A DNA stretch of 64,000 nt from Octopus vulgaris (lineage: Eukaryota). A program made the translations under genes and the position numbers. The notes under the pieces were generated by a model that was given only the letters and a program-made list of their open reading frames with translations, searched no databases and was not told the DNA's origin. Positions 50,787-63,769 of the stretch are shown piece by piece. The stretch is from assembly GCA_951406725.2 (NCBI GenBank), contig OX597822.1:46934001-46998000 (forward strand), written 5' to 3'. The first letter of the stretch is position 1. Each line of letters begins with the position of its first letter.

Positions 50787-52927
50787 CCCCCTCTCTGACA
50801 GAAAGCCAAAAATTGTAGTCTAAGAGCTAGCACTCAATTAATCCCTAAAGGATTTGAACTAATATTTCTGGCTTTCCCCCAACTTTTGATTTAGACACAA
50901 TGGAAAAGGTCACAACCATTGTTCTTTGCTTTTTGAGTGAATCATAAAAATATCCATTAATAATGATTTCTAATGTAGGGACATGATCACATTTTATTAG
51001 AAGAGGAGAAAAGGTTGATTTGATTGATCTCAGTACTAAACTGATCCTTTATTTTACAACCCTGGAAGCTTATAAAACAGTCAATTCCTGTAGGGTTTGA
51101 ACACAGAATTGAAAAAGACAGATAACATTTTACTAATTCTGCTATAGGTGTAGGCTTGAGTGTCTGGTGGAGAAGTTTGCTTTGCAACCACGAGTTTTGG
51201 GTTCAGTCCCACTGCATGGCACCTTAGTTAAGCGTCTTCTATTATAGCCATGGGCCAACCAATGCCTTGAGAGTGAATTTGGGAGATGGAAACTGTGTGG
51301 AAGCTTATGTATGTGTGCTTGTGTTATATGTATGTAAGTGTATATCTATATATATATATATATATATTATCGTCGTCGTCATTTAACATCTGTTGTCCAT
51401 GCTGGCATGGATTGGATAGTTTGACAAGGGCTGGCAAGCTGGAAGCCTACACCAGACTCCAGTCTGATTTGACATGGTTTCTACAGCTGGATGCCCTTCC
51501 TAATGTCAACCACTCTAAGAGTATAATGGGTGCTTTTATGTGCCACTGGCATGTGTGCCATTTGTGTGACACCAGTATCTGCCATGACTGCAATTTTACT
51601 TGGCTTAATGAGTCTTCAATCACAAGCACAGCATAATGCCAAAGGTCTCAGTCATTGCCTCCATGAGACCCAGCACTCAAAAGTTTTTCACGTGCCACCA
51701 GCATCAGTCACTTTGCCTCCATGAGGCCCCAGCATCAGTCATCACTATGATTTCGCTTGGCTTGCTAGGTCTTCTCAAGCACAGCATATCACCAAAGGTG
51801 TCAGTCACTTGTCATTGCCTCTGAGAGACCCAAAGTTCAAAGCTCGTGCTTCACCACCTCATCCCATGTCTTCTTGGGTCTACTTCTACCACAGGTTCCC
51901 TCCAAAATTAGAGATCGGCACTTCTTTACACAGCTGTTCTCACATGTGCACATGCTATTTTAGCTATCAAGATGAAACAATGGCACCGAAAAGAATGATG
52001 CAATCAAGATAGAATTGGAAGTGTATTGTTATCAGTAGTGTATAACAGCATCTGATGGTCTGATTGATACTGTGATTACACACACACACATACTGGACAT
52101 CCAAGTAGACACAAACAGGAACGTAAACACACCAACGTCAGTTGTCAAGTGATGGTGGAGGGACAAACAGACGCAAATAACAAATATATATATACACACA
52201 CACAAATGATGGGCTTCTTTCAGTTTCTGTCTACCAGATCCCCTCACAAGGCTTTGGTCAGGCCAAGGCTATAGTAGAAGACACTTGCCCAAGGTGCCAT
52301 GCAATGGGACTGAACCCAGAACCATGTGGTTGGGTAGCAAGCTTCTTACCACACAGCCACTTCTGAGCCTATTATTAGGAGTTGAATAAAAAGAAAATCG
52401 TTAAAATATTTTGTGTATCATAGAAGCATAACCAATTTATTCCACATAAACATTAACAACAAAATCATACATGGACCCCCCCAAGGGTCATATAGAGCTC
52501 CCCCACCCCAAGGATCATATGGACCCCAGTTGAGAATCACTGATTTAGACAATTCTGTCATTTAATGACTTCTTCATTATTGAGACAAGCTCAAGGAATG
52601 AGATATTTATTACTGGTTACAGAAAATTTTGGAGTTTGCATTGAAATCGAATGAGATGGGATGAACAGTGAGAGTATACGCACTTTAAAAGTTATGGTAA
52701 TGTTCCAAAAGGAGACCCTAATAAAAATAGTAATAAGCAGTTCCCTTAACAGTAGGCCACAGTTACTGTAAAACTGTAAGATGATTGGAAGTTTATACAC
52801 ACATACACACACTGATATACTGGAAGTGAATGTAGTAGATGGAAACATACTGACATACATAATTATCTACTTACTTACATACAGACAACCTTAGTATTTA
52901 GTTTGCTGTACAGATGTAATGGTTATA

Positions 52928-53185
52928 GGAAATTTTATCATAAACATTTTCGCTATAGGAAAATTTGCTGTAAAAATATAATAAATTGGAAAAACAAAAA
53001 TTTGTGGGGTTTTTTTGTTTTTTTTTCCTAAAATGGTAATTTCATCATCGAACCCAACCATTTAGAGAGAGGTTGTTTCTTTAAGATATTTACAGTCTAG
53101 TTTCCAGTATCTTGTGTGCCTCTTTTATGGTGGAATTTCTAAAGACAAATTTTCCTACAGCGAAAATGTTTACAGTGAATTTTCC
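52928..53185. mobile_element. MULE-like MITE
   Basis: TIRs TAAACATTTTCGCTATAGGAAAATTTG / CAAATTTTCCTACAGCGAAAATGTTTA. Confidence 0.65.
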
Positions 53186-54434
53186 GGTAATGAAATGTAA
53201 TAATTCCAACTAATCATGCCATTATTTCCTATACTAAGATCCACTTAAAAAATACTTGAGAGAAAGAGAGAGAATGAGAAGCAGTGATGTCACAAGTTCC
53301 ACTACATTTCATCTTCTTTCTTCTCCTTCTCTCTCTGTGTATCATATTCACTCTCTCATTTTTGTACTTCTCCTCTTGCATGTTTTAACTCCCTTGCATA
53401 CTCTCTCTCTTTCTCTCTCTCTCTCTCTTCCTTCATTCACCATAGTCAACAACATCACCCCCACCGCTGCCACCACCACTATCATAAATACCAATTGTTT
53501 GTTTTTACTTTCTGAGTTACTTAGCCTTACACAAAAGGCAAATAGGAACATGCTATTGTATTGATTATTCTTCATCATCATCATCATCATTTAGCATCCG
53601 CTTTCCATGCTGGCATGGGTTGGACGGTTCAACTGGGGTCTGGGAAGCCAGAAGGCTGCACCAGGCCCAGTCTGATCTGGCAATGTTTCTACAGCTGGAT
53701 GCCCTTCCTAATGCCAACCACTCCATGAGTGTAGTGGGTGCTTTTTACGTGCCACCAGCACAGGTGCCAGACGAGGCTGGCAATGGCCATGATCAGATGG
53801 TGCTTTTTACGTGCCACCGGCATGGAGGCCAGTCAGAGCTGCACTGGCAACGGCCACGTTTGGAATGATTCTCTTATGTGCCACCGGCACTGATATCACA
53901 GCTACAATTTCCATTGATGTTGATTGATTTTGATTTATTATTATTTATTATCATCATCACATCATGATTCCAAATTTTGGCACAAGACCAGCAATTTCGA
54001 TGAAGGAGTTAAGTTGATTGCATTGACCCCAGTACTTAACTGGTATGTATATTATCAATATTGAAAGAACAAAAGGCCAAGTCAACCTCGGTGGTATTTG
54101 AACTCTGAATTAATGCTACCAAGCAAGTTTAACATACTAATGATTTCTGCCAGCTTACTACCACCATAATAATGATTATAATTAAGGCGGTGACCTGGTA
54201 GAATTGTTAGCATGCTGGACGAAATCCTTAGCGGTATTTCGCCAATCATTACGTTCTAAGTTCAAATTCTGTGGAGGTCAACTTTGCCTTTCATCCTTTC
54301 AGGCTCGATAAATTTAGTACCAGTGAAACACTGGGGTCAATGTAATGGACTAGTCCCCTCCCCACAAATTTGAGGCCTTGTGTCTCCAGTAGTAAGGATT
54401 ATAATATACTTATTAATTATTCTTTTTTTCTTTT

Positions 54435-54618
54435 TAATTTGTTTGTTATTTGACTGTGGCCATGCTGGAGCACTGCCTTTAGTCAAGCAAATCGACCCCA
54501 GGACTTATTCTTTGTAAGCCTAGTACTTATTCTATCGGTCACTTTTGCCAAACCGCTAAGTTATGGGGGCATAAACACACCAGCATCGGTTGTCAAGCAA
54601 TGTTGAGGGGACAAACAC

Positions 54619-54712
<94 letters not shown>

Positions 54713-54870
54713 CAGGCTTCTTTCAGTTTCCATCTACCAAATCCACTCACAAGGCTTTTGTCAGCCCGGAGCTATAGTAGAAGACACTTTGCCCAAGATG
54801 CCATGCAGTGGGACTGAATCTGGAACCATGTGGTAGGTAAGCAAGCTGCTTACCACACAGCCACTCTTGC
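54435..54870 (-). mobile_element. SINE family B full-length copy with internal (TA)n
   Basis: Reverse complement of the family B consensus. Confidence 0.85.
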
Positions 54871-55771
54871 ACAAGTACCAGTCATATACTGATGGTTGAT
54901 GTATTCAACTTAACCCCTCCCCAAAATTGCTGGCCTTGTGTCAATATATGAAACCAATATTATTATTAAAGTAGGAGATTCTGTTCAATTAGATGAACTT
55001 ATTCTTTTAACTTTGTCCAATCATTTTTTTGTTTACGCTTAAGTTGGGAAATATTTTCCCTGAGAAGGGATGTATTGAGATTCAGTTTGTATTTAATATT
55101 GTATTCTCTTGAAGTTTATAGTTTATCTTCCTATTAACGCATAAAGCGTGATGGGTCACAATTGTGGCCATCAGGCATAGGTCAACAGGCCATAATCATG
55201 GCCCAGATAGATGCATTTAATCTACGGGTGTTTGTTGGGGGTCTAATGTCACTCAAACACTCCAATACCCCCCAGAATGCAAGGCGACTAATAGTTCAAC
55301 TAATGGCTTTTCAGATGATGTAAAACTTGCCACCATTATATACTAAGAAGATATTTTAATTATTTTTTGTTTTTTATGTGTGCATGGTAGTCTCATTTTC
55401 ATACAATGTGCTCAGCAGTCCATGCTATGTAAACGCAAATCCCAGCGCTTTATGGGCTAAATATGCTTATTAATGGGTTCTAGGTGAATTCGTCCACAAC
55501 AATTTGTTTTTGGTTGTATGTGTGTAAGTGTGGTTGTATGTGTGTGTTCATATGTGTGTTCGTGTGTGTGTTTTCGTATGTGTGTGTTTTCGTATGTGTG
55601 TGTTTTCGTATGTGTGTGTTTTCGTATGTGTGTGTGTGGTTGTGTGTTTGTGTGTGTGTGGTCATGTGTGTCTGGTTGTATGTGGTCGTGTGTGGTTGTA
55701 TGTGTGTGCGTGTGGTCGTTGTGTGGTAGTAGATGAATTGTTGTAGACCAATTCACTGGATACCTTATTAA

Positions 55772-56809
55772 CCCTTTTGTTACTATATTTCTGACCAAAT
55801 TACACCCCTTATGTGTTTCAATTAATTTCTAACGTAATCATAAATTTAGTCTGGTTTCATTAAACAACTATAACTTTTTTATTTATCGATATATTAATCT
55901 GATTTTTGGAAGATAATTTAATGAAATATTCTCAATCAATTCTATACTATAATTTTTGCCACAAAGTGACTCTAATTGCAGGTAGATACAGGTAAATTCA
56001 ACAAAATATAAAATTATTAAAATTTTGTTCAAACATCGCTATAGAAAATGGGTTATTAGCTAATATTCAATTGGGTATACAACAAAATTTTACGATAGAA
56101 TTTGTTATTCTGGGTAACTTTCTGATACCCATAATAATATTTATGGCAAAATAGTCTTAATTTCATTTAAGGTTGTGGGGAAACCACAAACTATTGTTTC
56201 TTACGCTTTGTTTACGTTTAGCGTAACGGTTCGTTCCCGCCGTAATGATTTCAAATAGGCTCATTCGAAAAAGTAAAAAAAGTAGTCTAAGGCTTTACTC
56301 TTCTGGGAAAGCCTGTGACTTGGTCCAGTTTCTTCAGAAAAATCACCGAAAGAAACAGTTTTTAAATTTTCACTCCATTCGGGTGCCAATTCATTTTCTT
56401 TATCGCTGTCGATCTCGGATTCACAGTTTTCATTTTCGGAAAATGAAACATCAGATTCATTATCAAATACCACATGCTTTTTTTTTTCAGTCATAGAGTT
56501 AGATTTATGAAGGTCTTCAGTAGAAAATCCTTCGAATTCTGACTCGCTGCTTGATATAATGAAATTCGTATCCATTTTTTGTCAGAATTACAAATTTTGA
56601 AAACACAATAGGAACAAATTTCGGAAAAAATCTCCCAAAATTCACGGAATTAAAATTACACTTCGATTATTGTACAAAACTGTAGTTGAACTCTTTACGA
56701 AGTATAATACGTGTTTTCACGAATGTACTAAAGAGATTTGCTCTGATATTCTCATTTAAATATGAATAGGTAAATTCGGGCGGCTTTGGGCGGTTTCGTA
56801 ACGAAAGGG
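55772..56809 (-). mobile_element. Non-autonomous piggyBac element retaining the transposase N-terminus
   Basis: TTAA-CCCTTTTGTTAC ... GTAACGAAAGGG-TTAA; ORF 56261-56575 has an acidic N-terminus ending ...GPSH...ALDYFFYFF. Confidence 0.9.
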
Positions 56810-57255
56810 TTAATGACCGTTTTAAACAATATTTGGGGTCAGTTTAGCATTCACATTACTCTCTCAAATATAATGCTGCCTGTTTATTCAGGCTGTTTTT
56901 AATTAATCCTACATTATCTCAGAGCTTTAATATTTTGATGATGTGATTGATTATTTTTAGAATGACATCATAGGGAAGGTGAGAGAGGCCAAGTCTGGCT
57001 GGTTTGAACATAAAACAAATAGAGCAATTGAGCTGAGTATGGCTGGTTTAAATGCTAGAGGCTTAAGGCAGATTTTCTATGGCTTGATGTGCTTCCTGTC
57101 ACCAAGTCTCACCTGTTTCCAAGCAAAATAATATTTCCTCGTGGCCAGACATGCTTGTAAAGAAGACTGGGAATGAAAAACCTTGGTTGTATGACAGTAA
57201 CACCTATTGACAAGTAACAAATGTTAAAATAAAGACACACACAATCATCATTTAA

Positions 57256-57473
57256 CTCTTTCGTTACCGTATTTATTTTGAGAAGCTTTGTATTTCTTTC
57301 AATTGATTTTAAATATAACAAAGAATTTAGTAAAATATGTTATCGTTAAGCTAGTGTTAGGAACATAAATTGTGACTAAGGTTTGGTGGAAGATTTTAAT
57401 TCAAAACTTATGTAAACAAGACATTTGTACTACAGAGCCAGAGCCGGTTTCAGCCGGGTTGGTATCGAAAGGG
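57256..57473. mobile_element. piggyBac-type MITE inserted in a family C tail
   Basis: TTAA-CTCTTTCGTTACC ... GGTATCGAAAGGG-TTAA, splitting CATCATTTAA|TGTCCGTTTTCCAT. Confidence 0.85.
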
Positions 57474-57608
57474 TTAATGTCCGTTTTCCATACTGGGATG
57501 GATTGGATGTTTTAACAGAAGCTGGCAAGCCAGATAACTGCACTAAGCTGTACTGTCTACTTTGTCACAGTTTCTACAACTGGATGCCTTTCTTAACACC
57601 AACAACTT

Positions 57609-57610
<2 letters not shown>

Positions 57611-57676
<66 letters not shown>
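57611..57676. repeat. (CT)n microsatellite
   Basis: Direct reading. Confidence 0.95.
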
Positions 57677-57680
<4 letters not shown>

Positions 57681-58354
57681 GTGTATACATACACACAAAA
57701 CGAGTTTCTTTCAGTTTCTATCTATCAAATCCAATCTTAAGACTTTGGTCAGCACAGGGCTACAATTGACGAGATTTGCCCAAATGTGCCATGCAGCAAG
57801 ACTGAACCCAGAACCATGTCGTTGGGAAGCAAACATCTTACCACACAGCCACACCTTCGCCTATAATGTAAAGATATATCAGTTGTGTTGTTTTGGGTGT
57901 TTACCTCCATCGGCCACACTTGACAAAGTAGATAGAAAAGATCTCTATTTGACTCCTATGTCATTCAAGGGCATACACCAGTTGTATGCTTGAAACTAAG
58001 TGCCTAAAATTTCCGTACTTTGTCAGTGAAGTATTAAAACAACATTGTTTCCCTACAATAAAAAAGATCAAGGACAAATTACATTTGTTGTCATTATTCT
58101 CGGTAGTAGTAGTAGTAGTGGCAGTGGTGGCACCATTTTTGCTAATGTTTTAAAAAACATTATCAACATAATGTAGTTCTTGCTAGATAACAATTATAAA
58201 TAAACGACTGTTTTGAATAACAATGGTATTGCAACATATTGTGTGTGTGCATGCAATATTCGTTATTGTTTAGCTCAGATGATTCTGAATCGGACAAACT
58301 TAATGATTAATAGCATTCCAACTGTGACCACCATCTGTTATATATATATATATA

Positions 58355-58574
58355 CAGGGTGCAGTGAATAAATTGTCGCCTAAATTACACAAAAATGGAA
58401 ATAACACTCCTTTCAACAAATATTCTTTCTTTTTTTTTTACTTGTTTCAGTTGACTGCGGTCATGCTGGAGCACTGCCTTTAGTTGAACAAATCGACCCC
58501 AGAGCTTATTCTTTGTAAGCCTAGCATTTATTCTATCAGTGTTTGTTTATGGGGACATAAACACACAAACACAC

Positions 58575-58632
<58 letters not shown>

Positions 58633-59557
58633 CGGACTTCTTTCAGTTTCTGTCTACCAAATCCAATCACAAGGCTTTGGTTGGCCCGAGGTTATAGTAG
58701 AAGACACTTGCCCAAGGTGCCATGCTGTGGGACTGAACCCAGAACCATGTGGTTGGGAAGCAAGCTTTTTACCACACAGCCACTCCTATAGTATATATTT
58801 ATCAAAATTACACAAAAATATCTTGAAATACTAAAGAGTAAATTTATTTAATAAAATCACCATTGGCTTCAACCATGGCCTCCAGACGACTTCGGAATCT
58901 CCTGCAATTCTTCTAGATGGTCTCCTAGTTTAAGTTGGTAAATGCTGCCATAATCCTTGCCTTCAGTACATCTTTGGTGCTACAAGGCGTTTTGTTAGTC
59001 TCTCACTCAACTGCACCCCACACATAATAATCAAGAGGGTTGCAATCTGGGGAGACAGGTGGCTAGATATTAGGGGGCAGTGTGGTCGCAGAAATTGTCT
59101 GACAACCATGACTGGGTTCTCCTGTTTGTGTGGCATAGTGCAGAGTCCTGTTGCCAGAATAGGGTCTTCCAACAGCCACCCTCTAGACTCAGGGCAGCAC
59201 TACCTCCTCCAGGCACTTAATGTAGGCTTCTGTGTTGAGTTTGAAGCCGTGAAGGAAGATGATTGGAGGCATGACGTTGCCATCACTAATGATCACTCCA
59301 AACTTCATGATGTTGATTGGATATTTGATTTTCATTACTCTCGACACTGTTTTTATCACTTCCGGTGCGAATGCTAAGCAGTACAGCATGTCGTTTCCAA
59401 ATTTCTGGCAGAGGGAATTGCATCATGATGCTATTTTTCTCACAGATGGTGCCCAACTGACCCCACTATACTGTGCAGTCAATAAAATCAAAAACAAACA
59501 ATGCGCATACGCGAAATTAAAAGTATAAAGTGGAGACAATTTACCCATTGCACCTTA
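58355..59557 (-). mobile_element. maT/Tc1-like element, second copy, with a nested SINE B (~58435-58790)
   Basis: TIRs CAGGGTGCAGTGAATAAATTGTC / GACAATTTACCCATTGCACCTT; FGVIISDGNVMPPIIFLHGFKLNTEAYIKCLEEVVLP. Confidence 0.85.
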
Positions 59558-59571
59558 TGTATGTATGTGCT

Positions 59572-59614
<43 letters not shown>

Positions 59615-59620
<6 letters not shown>

Positions 59621-60420
59621 GGAATTCTGTCTGTGTGTGTGTTTGTGGAGTTGTTAGCTAACTCCTACATCGTTTTATCGATTTCGATGAAACTTGACAC
59701 GTGAGTAGAACTCATGTCTGGAAACCTCATGGCTTACTCAGATTGTTGAAAAAAATGATAATAGGGCCCCTGGAAGGGATCCTTATATATATCCAAGGGA
59801 AATAACCCATTCATTTTCCTAAATTATTTGGTAAAAATGAAATTGAGTATACTTATTTCTTAGTATTTAAACTGTTAGTTATTTTCACATTCTATCCAGT
59901 ACAACCCTTAAACAAGTAAATAGTATTTTCCTAAACAATTGTCCCACTTATTTCTGTCCGTGACTTATTCACAAATATACCAACACTAGCGTCCCTGAGA
60001 GTAATATTTTCTGGAAACCCACAAAAACTCTTTTCAGAGTTATTTACTTTCAACTGTTATCTCATATCTGATTAACCTGTTATTACGTAACATGCTTCGC
60101 GATTTTAGTATACATACCTTATTAGTATTTCGTCTTATGTTTTATATACTCTGGGAACACATTAAAGCCCTTTTCGGGGCTACTTTATTTGAATTCTTAC
60201 TATCGGGTAACTAATTTCACAGTTTGGGTATTCATAACTTATTGGGAATTCCTAAAAACAAGATCCTGTGTAAGACAGTTCGGTATTCTCTGTAAATACG
60301 CAAAAATCGTTTTAAGAGCTACAGACTTTGTATTGTTATTGGATTAGTGAAACAATTATGAAAACGGAATCAAGAGATAAGCCCTGCTTTTCCGGCAATT
60401 ACCGGGTATGTCATCAGCCA

Positions 60421-60421
<1 letters not shown>
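59615..60421 (+). mobile_element. Non-autonomous Helitron (older)
   Basis: 5' TCTGTCTGTG and ATCGATTTCGATGAAACTTGACAC as in 20035-20492; 3' hairpin CCGGCAATTACCGG then CCAG-T. Confidence 0.65.
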
Positions 60422-60455
<34 letters not shown>

Positions 60456-60534
60456 GTGTGAGTGTGTGGCAATCCTTCAATATCGATACATGACGTCATT
60501 CACTCACACAACCTTCCCTTATGATATAGGTTAA

Positions 60535-61142
60535 CCTTTCGTTTATCACCTGACATTTCTGAACATGCTTAGTCAGATGACGTGTTAACAAACCCCAATA
60601 CAAAATACTTATCGTTTTAGTATTAGGTAAAAAAAGAATTCTCATTCTGTTCGTTCAGGATATATCTGCAATCACTGCTGAGAAGTTTGAAACTCTTGTA
60701 GTTGATTGATATTAATATAATATAATATATTATATTATAAAATTAAGGAAAAACTTTAAAAAATCTTAGATTCAGATCACATTTATTTTGAAAATCTCCA
60801 TTTTGATTATTTTGAAAATCTCCAGAATACACCATTTTGTGGAATTTTTTAATAGCTATGGTGAATATTAACATTTTAAAAAATAACATAAATCAATCTC
60901 CGTCGCAATATGTATTAAATCAAAACTTGAACTAAAGATATAATTATTTATTGAAATGACACCTGCGTTAGTCACAAAAGCAACGTCTCCATCCCACGAC
61001 AACCGAGTCACGACTGCGTCACACCACCTGCAACACACCTTCACTGAGTCGGAGGAAGTAAATTAAATAAGTTGCCAACTAGAAATTACGAGCATTTAAT
61101 AAAGTTTGCTGTGACAATACACCCCATGTGACTAACGAAGGG
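60535..61142. mobile_element. piggyBac-type MITE
   Basis: TTAA-CCTTTCGTTTATCAC ... GTGACTAACGAAGGG-TTAA. Confidence 0.75.
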
Positions 61143-61199
61143 TTAAGAGGCTAAACTGAAAAACAATGTGACTGACGTTGTCTCTTAATATCAACACTT

Positions 61200-61510
61200 T
61201 AGGCTAACCTGAGGGCCGCAGACTTTTATCTTGCAGTCCGCTTGATACTTTCTTGAAATGGGCTTATTTAAACAAACACTTCAAAAATGTTATCAGAAAC
61301 TTAAGATTGAAATGAAAGTAAAAAAGGAAGATACTACTGTTTTTACAAAGATAATATTTCATATTGAATCAACGGTCATTCATTCATTCATTATTGCAAT
61401 AATCGCATGAGAAAGCAAAATGCTTTCAATTCTGTCAGTATACAAGCAGCCCTCAAAAACCTTTCTGTGATTAAAGTGGCCCGCAACGTAATTCAAGTTG
61501 GCCAGGCCTG
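61200..61510. mobile_element. hAT/Charlie-like MITE
   Basis: Right end GTGGCCCGC...AGTTGGCCAGGCCTG followed by CTCTAGA; degenerate left end GGCTAACCTGAGGGCCGC. Confidence 0.55.
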
Positions 61511-61684
61511 CTCTAGACTAATACGGAAGGAATGCCAATATGTAATATTTTATCTTTTACTTGCTTCAATCATTAGATTGTGGCCATGCTGGGGTACCGC
61601 TTTAAAGAATTTTAATCGAAAGAATCGACCCCAGGACATTTTTTTGATAGCCTGTTACTTATTCTATCGGTTTCTTATTTTATC

Positions 61685-61960
61685 AGCCCACAGCAGCAAA
61701 AGCTTCCACCATCGCGTATTTTCTTGTTCGTCTCTACCTTTTCCTGCAGAGAATTCACTCATCTGCATCGTTTATTAGGATCAAGCTCTTTTGTTCTGGA
61801 ATGAATGGTAGATTCATTGACACCAAACTAGCGGCTCACAGCAGAGAAGCTTCTGTCATCACTTGATAATCTTTACCTTTTCCTGTAGAGAATACACTCG
61901 TATGTGTCGTTTTTAAGGATCAGACGCATTCGTATTTTTTACTCTTCCCTGATCCCATGC
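61685..61960 (-). mobile_element. pogo/Tigger transposase N-terminal relic with two HTH_psq-like repeats
   Basis: RVYSLQEKVKIIK...SFSAVSR*FGVNESTIHS and a second NSLQEKVE...SFAAVG; stops and frameshifts present. Confidence 0.7.
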
Positions 61961-62599
61961 TTATGAATCCAAGTACGAAAATCCATATAAAAAATAAGCA
62001 GCCTCGCAACACTGTCATGTGAACAGGAGCAATAGTCATTGCATTCTGGATAACTAATCAGTATCAAAGGTCCCTGGGGTACGTTTTTGTGGCCCGAGCA
62101 GTATCTTTGATCGCCAACCCGTGCTATCACAGATCAATCCGTGATCAGCGTAACACGGTTCACAATTGAACGTACCAAGCTATCCTGGATCATTGTTGAA
62201 TGAATCAGTGATAACTGAGGCTACTTGTATATGTTATTGTGTTTCTGTCTCTATTATTATGTTAGATATCAGCTGCTATCTCCCTTTTATTGTCTTCATT
62301 ACTGACATAATTTCCATTTTTAATTTCAAGGACATCTTTTTACGGAACAAATTCCATAAGATTACCTATCGGTGTATATGCACGCAAGCAGGCATATATG
62401 TATGTATCCGCATGCGTATGACAGGCTTTCGTACAGTTTCTATTTTACCAAATTTCAAGCAATATATTGAAAGAATCAGGTACTTACTAAAAGTCCTACA
62501 TAATGGCATCGAATTACGTGGTTTCGAAACGAATTTGCTGACGACAATGCCATGCTTGCACCGTGCCATCTAATTGGTTTGAGTACGTTTGTGTGTGTG

Positions 62600-62930
62600 T
62601 AGTTCCAGGTTCAGTTCCATTGCGTGGCACCTTGGGCAAGTCTCGGGCCGACCAAAAACCTTGTGAGTGGACTTGGTAGGCGGAAACTGAAAGAAGCCCG
62701 TCGTATATATTACATGTATATATGTTTGTGTGTCTGTGTTTGTCTCCCCTCCACCATCGCTTGACAACCGATGCTGGTGTGCTTACGTCCCCGTAGCTTA
62801 GCGGTTTCGCAAAAAACACCGATAGAGCAAGTACTAGGCTTACAAAGAATAAGTCCTGGGGTCGATTTATTTGACTAAAGGCGGTACTCCAACATGACCG
62901 CAGTCAAATGACTGAAACCAATAAAAGAAT
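62600..62930 (+). mobile_element. SINE family B copy, CpG-rich
   Basis: GCGTGGCACCTTGGGCAAG...CCATCGCTTGACAACCGATGCTGG...GACTGAAAC. Confidence 0.85.
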
Positions 62931-62962
62931 ATACACACACACACACACACAAATACACACAT

Positions 62963-63199
62963 GCATATATGGGTACAGGACGTCACCAACGATGCAAATA
63001 ACATGAAATACGTAAGCAAACAACTGAAATATGTAAACAAGAAAAAAATGGAAAACAGGACAAGTACACACAGAGAAGGGACCTTGTCCTATTTTCCATT
63101 TTTTTTTTCTTATTTACGCATTTCACTCGTTTTTCCCTCGTTTGCTTACGCATTTCATATTATTTTGCACCGTTGGTGACGTACTGTACCAATATATGC
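62963..63199. repeat. ~100-bp-arm fold-back (MITE-like)
   Basis: GGTACAGGACGTCACCAACGATGCAAA / TTTGCACCGTTGGTGACGTACTGTACC and ATGGAAAACAGGACAAG / CTTGTCCTATTTTCCAT. Confidence 0.85.
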
Positions 63200-63769
63200 G
63201 CGCGCGCGTGTGTATATATATATATATGCATGTATACATACACACATGTACATACCTACATATATATGTATATATACAGGCATATATGGGCACAGGACAT
63301 TAAAAAAAAACGTAGACGCAATAAGTAACGAAAACAAAAAACATATATATATATATATATATATATATGAAAGAGAGAGAGAGAGGTCGTTTGTCAACGA
63401 TATTAATAAGAATTCTTTTATGCACCACGAGTCTATGAGAGGTCCTCTCAATGTGAATAACTCAATATTCTGTGATCTAAAACAACCTCCACGTTAAGTT
63501 GGAGATAAATATTACTTTCTGGTATTCATACTGCTTCTGTCACATTAATTATGTGTGTGTATGTGTCCCCACTCCCCCAACCATCGCTTAACAGCCGGTG
63601 TTGGTGTGTTCACGTCCTCGGTTCGGCAAAAGCGACCCATAGAAGGCTTAAAAAGCATAAGTTCTGGGTCGATTTCTTCGACTGAAACATTTTTAGGCGG
63701 TGCCCCAGCATGACCGCAATCAAATGACTGTTACAAGTATAAGAATAAAAGAAAAGAATATAAACCGTC

